From the NCBI RefSeq assembly GCF_000012285.1, contig NC_007181.1:570001-602000 (forward strand): a stretch of DNA of 32,000 bases, in the 5' to 3' direction. Numbering within the stretch: the stretch's first letter is position 1; every line of letters begins with the position of its first letter. Positions 12,487-20,799 of the stretch are shown piece after piece. This stretch comes from Sulfolobus acidocaldarius DSM 639. Lineage in GTDB: Archaea; Thermoproteota; Thermoprotei_A; Sulfolobales; Sulfolobaceae. Below the pieces are notes generated by a model that did not search any database, was not told the DNA's origin, and was given only the letters and a program-made list of their open reading frames with translations. A program made the translations under genes and the position numbers.

Positions 12487-12525
12487 GAGATCGGAAAAAG
12501 AGGTTAGAACTCTTTAGTGATATAA

Positions 12526-12545
12526 ATTAAACCCCCCGGTTAATT
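12526..12545. repeat. Right copy of C6GG-containing direct repeat
   Basis: See the left copy. It lies just upstream (minus sense) of a TATA-like 'TTTATAT' and the 57-aa minus-strand ORF starting at 12486. Confidence 0.7.
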
Positions 12546-12766
12546 CTTTTTGAAACTAAAAATTTTTAACATTTATATTAGGCTCTTTGGCTTGTCATGT
12601 ACGTTAGTTAAACAATCTCCAACGACTTCCTATGGATCCATGAATTTACAACAACTTAACTTAGATTTTGATTAAATCCTAGGAAATAGTTAGGTTAAAT
12701 TTTTCGAGCACATCTAAACATTCTTTTGTACTAGTAAAGGAAAATAGTAAGTTTTTAATTGAACTA

Positions 12767-13939
12767 TTGAAGTATTGCATCATTATGAGTGGCAAACGAT
12801 CTTTTTTGTACATTGCTTTAACGTTATCGCTAATAGCCATAGCAAATAGGTCAACTAATAATATGGTGACGACTACATTAGCTCCTCTAACTAAATATGT
12901 GTTTGGGTTCAATAATTTTCTTGCAGGTGTTTTAGAGGGCTTAATATTTATGGCAACACTCATTTCAACCTCACTTATTAATCCAGTTTTATCACCTTCC
13001 TCTAGAAGGAAAGTATTTATTTCATGTAATTTCTTAATATCTGTCCTTCTAATAGGATTCTACCTATCTACTCCTTTAACAGTATGGATTTTTACCGCTA
13101 TTGCCGGAGTCGCTTACGGTTTAATAATGCCTAACCTAGTAACCTCAGCATCTTTAGTAGAAAACAAAAGACTAGCGGAGAGGTTATTATCACTATATTC
13201 CACGAGTTTGAGCATTAGTCTCATAATTGGTCCACTATTAGAAAGTTACGTTCTTTCGATTTTCAGCTATAAGTCAGTCTTTCTAGCTTTTCTTCCATTT
13301 TCTATTTTGTCCTTTGTCCTATCATGGCTAATAAAATTCCCTGATGCAAAAAGAGAAATTCATGGGATGTCTGCTCTGCGAAATAAGGGATTTATTTCAT
13401 CTATACTATCTATTACAACATATAATATCCCGTTTGCAGCTTTCACTACATTTATAACCATTTACGGAATAGACGAGTTAGGGCTTCCTAAGAACTTGGC
13501 TTACTTCTCATATATACCCTTCTTTATAACATCATTTTTGACCAGACTCTTCATGACAATTAGACCTTTTAGATCACTTCGATATCCTTTACTTATTTCA
13601 GTTGTAATAACCATTTTAGGAATAATAGGAGTTGTATTTTCTCCGAATTTAGCTCTTTACCTAATCTTTATGGCTCTTCTGGGTATACCTCACGGATCAG
13701 TTTTTCCTATATCCACGATAATAATAGCTAGAGCGACTTCCAGTGAAGAGAGGAACGCAGTCAACTCATACTTCTTAGCCTATAATAACATTTTGTTTTT
13801 CATAGTTCCAATAGTAGTTGGTGCTTTATCTCAGTTTATAGGTCTAGGCTATGCTTTTGTTGCACTGATAATTCCGGTTATAATTACTGCTACAGTATTC
13901 TTCTTGAAATACTGGAATGATAGTGTTTTATCTAGGTAG
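12767..13939 (+). CDS. MFS-type transporter
   Basis: It is a 390-aa polytopic membrane protein with about 12 hydrophobic segments and a central loop. There is an alternative ATG start at 12785. Confidence 0.7.
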   Translation: MKYCIIMSGKRSFLYIALTLSLIAIANRSTNNMVTTTLAPLTKYVFGFNNFLAGVLEGLIFMATLISTSLINPVLSPSSRRKVFISCNFLISVLLIGFYLSTPLTVWIFTAIAGVAYGLIMPNLVTSASLVENKRLAERLLSLYSTSLSISLIIGPLLESYVLSIFSYKSVFLAFLPFSILSFVLSWLIKFPDAKREIHGMSALRNKGFISSILSITTYNIPFAAFTTFITIYGIDELGLPKNLAYFSYIPFFITSFLTRLFMTIRPFRSLRYPLLISVVITILGIIGVVFSPNLALYLIFMALLGIPHGSVFPISTIIIARATSSEERNAVNSYFLAYNNILFFIVPIVVGALSQFIGLGYAFVALIIPVIITATVFFLKYWNDSVLSR

Positions 13940-14238
13940 AGTGACCTGATGTAAGTATTCCTGTTAGGTTCTTAGTTCTTCCTCATTTTACCTTACTGGA
14001 AAAGATATCAGTAGTTAGTAGAATATTTTATTTGAGGATTAGAACAGGATTATTTTTGTGTTTTTATTATCATGAAATGAAACAAATAAGATATTGGATG
14101 GGCTTAACGTAAAATTAACATATAATCAATCATTATTTGGACAAGGTAGAAATCCCAATTTGTTTTATGTGGCAGAATATACTAAAAGATCTGACGAAAG
14201 GTTTTTGTTTGAATTTGTTGTAACTGAAAGCATATATA

Positions 14239-14574
14239 ATGTTAAGAGATTATTACAAGCTAAAGAGAAGTAAACAGGCAATTATTGAGGATCGGATATT
14301 AAAATTAAAGGTAGGAAGTTCACTTGTTTCTGTGTTTGTTTTTCTAGGTAAAGATAAGGATTATCTAATGGTAAAGGACAAATATTGTACTTGTCCTTTC
14401 TTTTTCTTTAATAAACAGAAATTGAAATGCTATCATCTAATTTCTTTGGATTATGTGATAAATAAAGATGATATATTAGTCATAAATTTGGATGTGGATA
14501 CGTTTAAGAAGATACTGGTAGAGTTATATACGTTTGAAAAGTCATTTATACTGAGAAGAATATTATCAAGATAA
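14239..14574 (+). CDS. SWIM zinc-finger protein
   Basis: It has the CxCx(n)CxH signature 'CTCPFFFFNKQKLKCYH'. Confidence 0.6.
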   Translation: MLRDYYKLKRSKQAIIEDRILKLKVGSSLVSVFVFLGKDKDYLMVKDKYCTCPFFFFNKQKLKCYHLISLDYVINKDDILVINLDVDTFKKILVELYTFEKSFILRRILSR

Positions 14575-14586
14575 GAGGTAATAATA

Positions 14587-14775
14587 TTGCTTTCAGCGCT
14601 TGAGACTGTTTATATAGGAGTTATTTCTGCGTTTGTGTTAGGTATATTGTATCTTATCTTTGTAGAAGTATTTAATAGCGGGTTTAGGCTAAAAATATCT
14701 GGTGTAGAAAGAGTTGGGAGGAAGAAAGAAAAGAAGAAAACTTCAACTTCAAAGGCCAAAACCAAAAATTCCTAG
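14587..14775 (+). CDS. Possible small membrane protein (single TM, Lys-rich tail)
   Basis: It uses a TTG start and has the TM helix 'VYIGVISAFVLGILYLIFVEV'. Its tail overlaps the Elf1-like start region in another frame, so the 3' part is doubtful. Confidence 0.3.
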   Translation: MLSALETVYIGVISAFVLGILYLIFVEVFNSGFRLKISGVERVGRKKEKKKTSTSKAKTKNS

Positions 14776-15013
14776 TGTTTTCGAATGTCCTAGATGTGGA
14801 AAGGTTACTATATCTATCACGGTTAAGGAGGGTATTGCTAAAGTGATGTGCGGTAACTGTAAGCTTGAGGATCAGTTTGACGTTCCTCTTGTTTATGATG
14901 AGGCAAATGCATACGGTAAATTTATAGATAGATACTATGAAGGAAAGATTGAGCAGAATTTAAAAGATACAGAGGAGAAGGCTCAAGATGAAATTCAGGG
15001 GGAAGGTAGCTAG
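14714..15013 (+). CDS. Elf1-like zinc-ribbon transcription elongation factor homologue
   Basis: It has a basic N-terminus '[28 protein letters not shown]...CGNC' with two CxxC pairs. It uses a TTG start with 'GGTG' about 9 nt upstream. Confidence 0.7.
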   Translation: MGGRKKRRKLQLQRPKPKIPSVFECPRCGKVTISITVKEGIAKVMCGNCKLEDQFDVPLVYDEANAYGKFIDRYYEGKIEQNLKDTEEKAQDEIQGEGS

Positions 15014-15761
15014 ATATATTAGCGAAATATTAGAGGAAGGGAAAACTTTACATTTTTCCCTTTTTGATCCTGATAAGATATTTGATTTAGACTCATTGCA
15101 TGATATTGCTAGTAAGCTTATTGAGGCAGGAACTGACGTTTTTCTAATAGGCGGAACTCTTGGTATATCGCAGGATAAGTTGGATAATATTTTATCTATT
15201 TTAGAAGAATTCAGTATTCCTTTGATAATATTTCCGAGCAACGTAAATTTAATTTCGAATAAGGCTGATGCTATATTATTTCTTTCACTTTTGAATTCAG
15301 ACGATTTGTATTATATAGTTGGAGCTCAAATAGTAGCTGCTCCTATTATAAAGAGGATAGGATTAGAAGTTCTACCAACTGCCTATCTTATAATAGGACA
15401 TGGTGGTACTGCTGGGCATATTGGAAGAGCAAGAGTTATTCCTTACGATAACATAGAACTTATAGTGAGTTACTCCTTAGCTGCAAATTACATGGGGATG
15501 AAATACATATATCTAGAAGCTGGATCTGGAGCAAGTGAGACAGTAAAGCCTGAGGCTATAAAGGTCGTAAAGAATACGGTAAAAGACGGTGTAGTAATTG
15601 TAGGCGGTGGTGTGACCAGCGAAGAGAGGGCAAGAAACTTGGTACTAGCAGGGGCGGATATTATAGTTACAGGAAATGTGATAGAGAGAGATCATCAAAA
15701 AGCTTTAAAAATAATAAAAGAGATAAAGAGTATAAGGAGGACTAGTAATGCCATCAAGTAA
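14988..15761 (+). CDS. Geranylgeranylglyceryl phosphate synthase (PcrB/GGGPS family)
   Basis: It is about 255 aa with a TIM-barrel pattern: 'LFDPDK', 'GGTLGIS', 'YLEAGSGA', 'IVGGGV' and 'GADIIVTGN'. Confidence 0.9.
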   Translation: MKFRGKVARYISEILEEGKTLHFSLFDPDKIFDLDSLHDIASKLIEAGTDVFLIGGTLGISQDKLDNILSILEEFSIPLIIFPSNVNLISNKADAILFLSLLNSDDLYYIVGAQIVAAPIIKRIGLEVLPTAYLIIGHGGTAGHIGRARVIPYDNIELIVSYSLAANYMGMKYIYLEAGSGASETVKPEAIKVVKNTVKDGVVIVGGGVTSEERARNLVLAGADIIVTGNVIERDHQKALKIIKEIKSIRRTSNAIK

Positions 15762-15927
15762 AAAGAAAAAGGAAGACGTTCCAATAGCTTCAATGGCAGG
15801 TTTAGTAAGATATTATGAGAGTGAAAAAGAAAAGGTAAAAATTTCGCCTAAAGTAGTGGTCGTTGCGAGTATTGTCTTAATAGCTGGTGTAATTATAGCA
15901 TCTTTTATTATCCCGCCCCCGTTATAA
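15748..15927 (+). CDS. Preprotein translocase subunit Sec61beta (not in ORF track; 59 aa)
   Basis: Translated by hand: '[59 protein letters not shown]'. It has a basic N-terminus, the 'AGLVRYY' motif and a C-terminal TM anchor. It overlaps the GGGPS 3' end by 14 nt. Confidence 0.85.
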   Translation: MPSSKKKKEDVPIASMAGLVRYYESEKEKVKISPKVVVVASIVLIAGVIIASFIIPPPL

Positions 15928-15936
15928 CTTATTTTA

Positions 15937-16245
15937 GGGGAGCCTAACAGGGGGTTACGGGAATATCCTGAGGAAACTCCAGCCTCCAAGCCTCATGGGA
16001 GCAGTTAGATCTGCAGGGTTAGTGCTCTGGCTACTGCACAGAAACGTAACCGGTATAATAGGATATGAAAATGAGTTTATATGTAGTCTAGGTAACTAGG
16101 CTACATAAATGAGACCTATTATACCGGCTGAAACGGCAGTCCTCCCAGGAGCAAGTAAGGAGGGGATGAGTTGAGGTTCAACCCTCCTAAGGACGCTTAG
16201 TAGAATCCCCCTAAATACAAAAGCTGGGTTATTGTTAGGCTCCCC
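15937..16245 (+). ncRNA. rnpB: RNase P RNA
   Basis: It is a locally GC-rich region of about 309 nt. The terminal helix pairs 5' GGGGAGCCTAACA with 3' TGTTAGGCTCCCC. A CR-I-like 'GAGGAAACTCC' lies at 15970..15980, with 'ACAGAAA' and 'TGAAACGG' further in, and a CR-V-like 'ACAAAAGCTGGGTTA' at 16217..16231. Confidence 0.85.
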
Positions 16246-16732
16246 TTATTTTATCTATAATTTCATTTTCTATTTTCATAATTTCGTCTCTCTTCTTGCC
16301 CTTGTATGACTCTAATATATCCTTATTCAGTTCATAGAAAGTTTTACCCCATTTTACAGTATTTAGGATCGAGAAGGAAAGTTCTATGTGCTCTAATATA
16401 TACAGAGTAGCAGATATTGCTTCCAACGTGGAAAGTCTGTATGCTAGTGCATAATTTGTTGGATTTCCCGCAAATAAGATCGGTAATCTCCTATGAAATC
16501 CTGTTGATTTGAATTCATTTATTGTCGTATTATTCCATGAAGTATCTACAGCCGTTAGTCCTTGCTTTATTAATATTTCAGAATCCTCTATTCCCACTAC
16601 TGTCTCTGAAAATGGATCCAGTACTATACCTATTCCCTTATTTGTAGGTTTTGCATAACCCAATCTTATTAGTTTTTTCCCTGTACATTTCTTTGGATCA
16701 TCCTTGTGATAATCTATAATATATATTTTCAC
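16235..16732 (-). CDS. tsr3: Tsr3 (DUF367) 16S rRNA aminocarboxypropyltransferase
   Basis: It has '[19 protein letters not shown]' and 'AVDTSWNN', and is about 165 aa. Confidence 0.8.
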   Translation of the reverse strand: MKIYIIDYHKDDPKKCTGKKLIRLGYAKPTNKGIGIVLDPFSETVVGIEDSEILIKQGLTAVDTSWNNTTINEFKSTGFHRRLPILFAGNPTNYALAYRLSTLEAISATLYILEHIELSFSILNTVKWGKTFYELNKDILESYKGKKRDEIMKIENEIIDKIRGA

Positions 16733-16776
16733 TTATAATCATAAAGTTCTTATAACTTTATTTCTAATAAACCTTC

Positions 16777-17040
16777 TTGGGTTTAAAAATGGCTTCGGCT
16801 ATAGTTCTAATTAACACTGATGCAGGTGGAGAAGAAGAGGTTTTTGAAAAACTTAAAAGTCTGAATGAAGTGACAGAGGTCCACATAGTATATGGCGTTT
16901 ATGATATTGTAGCTAAAATAGAAGCTGATACGTTAGATAAGCTGAAGGATTTTGTGACAAATACAGTCAGAAAGTTACCTAGGGTGAGATCAACATTAAC
17001 AATGATAGTGGTAGAGGGAAAGAGTCTAGTAAAGAAGTAA
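16777..17040 (+). CDS. Stand-alone Lrp/AsnC ligand-binding (RAM) domain protein
   Basis: The pattern 'AIVLINTDAGGEEEVFEKLKSLNEVTEVHIVYGVYDIVAKIEADTLDKLKDFV' is typical. An alternative ATG lies at 16789. Confidence 0.7.
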   Translation: MGLKMASAIVLINTDAGGEEEVFEKLKSLNEVTEVHIVYGVYDIVAKIEADTLDKLKDFVTNTVRKLPRVRSTLTMIVVEGKSLVKK

Positions 17041-17045
17041 CATAT

Positions 17046-18344
17046 ATATTAGGAATAGACGATCATGACTCACCTGAAGCAGGCTGTACTACGCATTTTT
17101 CAGCACTACTCATTAAGCATTTAATCAAGGATAAGAGCTTAAAGATTCTCGATTTACCTTATTTGATTAGGTTAAATCCAAATATTCCCTGGAAAACTAG
17201 AGGAAATGCAAGTATTAAAATCATACTATCCGCTGAAAAAAACCTTGAAGAGTTAGCAGAAATAATATGGTCTGAGAGTGTGGATTACGTTGAAAAAATA
17301 TCAAAAGCAACTAAATATAATAGGAAACCAGGTTTAGCGATAATAAAGAGAGACGAGTATGAAGAGTGCAAAAATTTTTTGTATAATTTTTATCAAAAAG
17401 CTGTAAAGGATATAGTTCCACTAGATTACGCAACAAGAATCTCAAAGAAATGTCATATACTTACAAAGGGAGATAGGGGAATAATAGGGAGTATTGCTGC
17501 AATAGGTTATTTGCCAATTGAAGGGTTTACGTATGAACTTATTACTTATAGGCATGATGCTTCTAGTTTTAGAATTGTGGATGTAAATAGCGTGATAAAA
17601 TTTGAGGAAAGAAATTTTCCTAAAACATTTAATAATTTTGATTACATCAAGAAAAGGTTACTTATCACACCTCAAGGAAAAGACCCTATATTATATGGTG
17701 TTAGAGGAAACAATCTCTCAGTTATGTTAGAAGCGTTGAAAGAGATAAGAAGTTCTAATAATGTTGAACTAGCTATGATATACAAGTCTAATCAGGGAAC
17801 AGACGCACATATTAGTAATGATAGTAAAGAGTATTACTACAGGACAGTAAAGAAAAAAATTAAAGTTAAAGATGTAAGAATATTAGAAGGAGGAGATGTC
17901 CTACTAAGTTCAGATAAAGGAGAAATATTTATCTTTTATAAGGAAACTGGGGAGTTAAATTTAGCCTCAAAATTCCTTATAAATGGTGATGAGATAGAGA
18001 TTATTGCAACAGTCAGACCTTCAGATAAATATGGGAAAATTTTTGAAGCAGAGAGAATGAGAGTCTTATCATTAAATTACCATGAATATACTAACCCTAA
18101 ATGTCCCAAATGTAATAGATCAGCAACCTCTTTAGGAGTTAAGAAAGGATATAAATGTAAGAAATGTGGTTATGAATTTAACGCGGAAAAGGTTACAATA
18201 GAGATTCCCAGGTTTTTAGTAAAAGATGAATACCAATCAAGATATCATAGACATTTAACTAAGCCAGTATATTTAGAGCTTCAAACCCAAGAAGATTTAG
18301 ATTTAGTGGAATTGGGAAATATTCTTAATACGTTAACATCTTAA
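17046..18344 (+). CDS. tiaS: tRNA(Ile2) 2-agmatinylcytidine synthetase TiaS; start codon unresolved
   Basis: The listed ORF starts at TTG 17163, but the same frame is open from 16983. Upstream it encodes the conserved TiaS N-terminus 'LGIDDHDSPEAGCTTHF' (17049 onward). A C-terminal Zn ribbon 'CPKCNRS...CKKCGY' is present. There is no ATG/GTG/TTG between 16983 and 17163. Confidence 0.8.
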   Translation: MLGIDDHDSPEAGCTTHFSALLIKHLIKDKSLKILDLPYLIRLNPNIPWKTRGNASIKIILSAEKNLEELAEIIWSESVDYVEKISKATKYNRKPGLAIIKRDEYEECKNFLYNFYQKAVKDIVPLDYATRISKKCHILTKGDRGIIGSIAAIGYLPIEGFTYELITYRHDASSFRIVDVNSVIKFEERNFPKTFNNFDYIKKRLLITPQGKDPILYGVRGNNLSVMLEALKEIRSSNNVELAMIYKSNQGTDAHISNDSKEYYYRTVKKKIKVKDVRILEGGDVLLSSDKGEIFIFYKETGELNLASKFLINGDEIEIIATVRPSDKYGKIFEAERMRVLSLNYHEYTNPKCPKCNRSATSLGVKKGYKCKKCGYEFNAEKVTIEIPRFLVKDEYQSRYHRHLTKPVYLELQTQEDLDLVELGNILNTLTS

Positions 18345-18682
18345 AGCTCTAAGTAAACCGAAATACTCTTAATCCCTTAACGTTGTATTACTTTATAACT
18401 ATAAAAATTATATACAATTACTAAAGCCTTCTAAGTCCAATAACAGAAAGTCAAAAACTAGATTTAGAATCAAGAAGTAAAGCATTCCTAAGTGTACTAC
18501 ACAAGCTCTCATTAAGTAAATAGGAGATCAGGATATTGGTAGACTGGAGATGGATTATGGCAAAATAAAAGTTGAGATATGTGGGTTCCTCGCACGTACT
18601 CAACATGACTTGAATCCCTGAGCTCTCGGGTTTTAAAATTGGTCTTTGACGCATATTAGAAGTGCTAAAACACTGTTTATTC

Positions 18683-19342
18683 TCAAGGTAATAATTTCTC
18701 CTCGTCTATTAATTTTCCTACAACGAGTAAGAGGGATATACCAGACACGGTTAACCCTGTGCTTAAATAAAGCAGAAAGGCTAGTAGTTCCTTATAACCT
18801 ACAATTGAATATGAGAAGAGATACAGCAGTGAAATTCCCAATGCTACATAGGCCGCTAAAGGATATCTCGAGGAGCCGGTAACCCTCTGTAATCCTGTAA
18901 AGGAAAAGGAAATGGAATAGGTAAGGAACAACGTGCCAACTGAAGCTAATACAACAATTAAGATATAAAGCACATTTCTCTCCATCAATCCAAGTACTAG
19001 GTCTACTGGAATAATAACGGGAAGAGAAATGGACAAGTACGCCAAAAGATAACCGTAATAGACCTCTTGGGCAGTGAAACCCTCAGCCACTAAATATTCT
19101 AGGAGACCGCTTTGCCTATCATCGCCTAAGAGAGTGACTATTAATGAAATAAAAGCAATTACAAAGACCAGAGAAGGGAAAGTTGCAGTTGAGAGGAATG
19201 AAGGATTTTGAGAGCTTAATCTAGATATAAAATATATGTTAAGACCGAACACGATAAAGGATAATGTAAATAGATAGAATGTTGTTCCCAAACTCCTCTT
19301 TGATGCCCTCTTTGCCAAGATAAATGAGAGATATAGCTTCAT
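18683..19342 (-). CDS. ABC-2-type transporter permease (polytopic membrane protein)
   Basis: It is 219 aa with about 6 hydrophobic segments. It lies 4 nt downstream of the ABC ATPase gene on the same strand. Confidence 0.6.
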   Translation of the reverse strand: MKLYLSFILAKRASKRSLGTTFYLFTLSFIVFGLNIYFISRLSSQNPSFLSTATFPSLVFVIAFISLIVTLLGDDRQSGLLEYLVAEGFTAQEVYYGYLLAYLSISLPVIIPVDLVLGLMERNVLYILIVVLASVGTLFLTYSISFSFTGLQRVTGSSRYPLAAYVALGISLLYLFSYSIVGYKELLAFLLYLSTGLTVSGISLLLVVGKLIDEEKLLP

Positions 19343-19346
19343 TTGA

Positions 19347-20147
19347 TCACCTCAAAAGCTCTTCTAAAGGATTTCTCATCTCTTTCACCTCGTAAATTGT
19401 AATATTCTCCCTAAGGAGCTTTTGTATCACTTCATTAACCATCGAAGGGTCAGGGAGCTTTACTACAAAGTAGTCCCCTTCATAATGTCCCTCTAGAATC
19501 TTCGATAAATCCGACGAAGCTCTTATCCCTACAACGTACTCTCCCGTCCTCAATTCATCCATAGTACAGAACCTAATTAGCCTTCCATTATCCATCACCA
19601 TTACGTATTTACCAATTTCTTTAGCCTCGTAAAGATTATGTGATGTGTAGATCACTATCTTACTTTTTGATAGTGAAACTACTTTTTCCCTAACCTTACT
19701 AGCAAAGACTGGGTCGAGATTATCAGTAGGCTCGTCGAGGAGGTAGATGTCCTTTTCTCTCATGAAAACTCTTGAGAGAGAAACCCTTTTCTTTTGCCCT
19801 TGAGAAAGATCTGATATCTTCTTTCCTAAAAGGTCCTTTAAATCCAGCTCTTCTATAACGCTAGAATAATTAGCGTTTAATATCCTTGATAAAAAGTCTA
19901 ATGCCTCTTTTACTCTCATCTCTGGAGGCAAGGCAATGTAGTGAGGGAGATAGGCAATACTTCCTTCTCTCCTAAACAGACCCTTCCAAGGCTTAAGTAC
20001 TCCAGCTAGCAACCTCAAGATAGTGGTTTTTCCCGCCCCGTTCTTCCCCAGGAGTACATATATTCCTTTTTCCTTTATCTCGAAAGTTAAGTCATGAATA
20101 ACTTCTAGATCACCATAACCTGTACTGACATGTTGTGCTAAAATCAT
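19347..20147 (-). CDS. ABC transporter ATP-binding protein
   Basis: It has Walker A 'GKNGAGKTT', signature 'LSQGQKKRV' and Walker B 'IYLLDEP'. Confidence 0.9.
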   Translation of the reverse strand: MILAQHVSTGYGDLEVIHDLTFEIKEKGIYVLLGKNGAGKTTILRLLAGVLKPWKGLFRREGSIAYLPHYIALPPEMRVKEALDFLSRILNANYSSVIEELDLKDLLGKKISDLSQGQKKRVSLSRVFMREKDIYLLDEPTDNLDPVFASKVREKVVSLSKSKIVIYTSHNLYEAKEIGKYVMVMDNGRLIRFCTMDELRTGEYVVGIRASSDLSKILEGHYEGDYFVVKLPDPSMVNEVIQKLLRENITIYEVKEMRNPLEELLR

Positions 20148-20260
20148 TTCAGGATCAGCCTCTGATATAATTAACTGTCTATTCTTTAATAAAATCGAAT
20201 TTTAGTATCTATTCCATACTTCCTTCTCTCTTTATTTTAACAAAAAGAACCTTTTCATAT

Positions 20261-20485
20261 ATGCCTGGAAATGATATTCCGCTCCAGGTCTTTCTTATAG
20301 TAATCTTAGCTATAGTTATCGGAATCGTATATGAGAGAAACCTTAATTATGAAAAACTTACACCAATATTTATTCTAGTGAGTGTTATAATCATTACCCT
20401 TAGCATATTTCTAAATAATCTCCAGACACTTACGTTAGGAATACTGCTAATCATTGGACTGATTATAGCTAGGATAAGGAGATAA
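20261..20485 (+). CDS. Small hydrophobic membrane protein (hypothetical)
   Basis: It is 74 aa with two or three TM segments and no recognisable motif. Confidence 0.4.
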   Translation: MPGNDIPLQVFLIVILAIVIGIVYERNLNYEKLTPIFILVSVIIITLSIFLNNLQTLTLGILLIIGLIIARIRR

Positions 20486-20622
20486 AATCTAATATTATGT
20501 ATTTAACTGAAACCATCTTTCCTGAGCCGACAAACTTTATGGTCTACTAACTTCAAGTAATATTAATGCTTATTCAAAAATATTTGTAATATGGAATGAA
20601 TACTTTGTTAATTACTTTAAAT

Positions 20623-20631
20623 CTATAAAAA
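20623..20631 (+). promoter_or_regulatory. Candidate TATA box for the 20656-23644 operon
   Basis: 'CTATAAAAA' follows 'TTTAAAT'. A transcript start is predicted near 20650-20660. 'GGGTGA' (20645..20650) is SD-like. Confidence 0.35.
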
Positions 20632-20655
20632 CCCTGAAGTAATTGGGTGAAGTAA

Positions 20656-20787
20656 ATTCCTTTAACTGATGGAATAGCATATGCGGACTGCTTGTGCTGT
20701 GGAACTGTAGTTGGAGCTGTAGGGTGTGCAGGAGTAGCAATTGCAGCAAGCGCGGTAAGCGAAGATCTAGTCATCGAGGAGGAGTAA
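20656..20787 (+). CDS. Candidate micro-ORF: Cys/Gly/Ala/Val-rich 43-aa peptide (non-canonical ATT start, or TTG at 20692)
   Basis: Hand translation gives '(I/M)PLTDGIAYADCLCCGTVVGAVGCAGVAIAASAVSEDLVIEEE*'. The patch is GC-rich, yet about 67% of third positions are A/T. 'GGTGA' sits 5 nt upstream of the ATT. The next gene has its own SD (GAGGTG 20788..20793), which implies an upstream cistron. The call competes with the antisense 66-aa ORF at 20574..20774. Confidence 0.3.
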   Translation: MPLTDGIAYADCLCCGTVVGAVGCAGVAIAASAVSEDLVIEEE

Positions 20788-20799
20788 GAGGTGTAGATA

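Larger units (their letters stand above)
9759..12490. other. GC-rich compositional island (probable horizontally acquired DNA) abutting the 3' end of tRNA-Ala
   Basis: Hand-counted 60-nt lines inside the island (10261, 11101) are 58% GC, against 30% for a flanking line (13021). The shift starts at the tRNA 3' end and ends near 12490-12540. Confidence 0.7.

Noticed and set aside
18451-18882. Two mutually overlapping ORFs lie here: 18451..18654 on the minus strand and 18646..18882 on the plus strand.
   Set aside because: They have no motifs and odd composition. The plus ORF is antisense to the ABC-2 permease 3' end. The region is better described as non-coding or a possible sRNA.
20574-20774. 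A 66-aa minus-strand ORF with an ATG start ('MTRSSLTALAAIATPAHPTAPTTVP...') was considered as the real gene in the GC-rich patch.
   Set aside because: It is not fully excluded. Its C-terminal half runs through the AT-rich TATA-like region. It has no SD or well-spaced TATA of its own. It would be a lone antisense gene wedged between plus-strand genes. Its codon-bias support is identical to that of the plus-frame peptide because the two share wobble positions.
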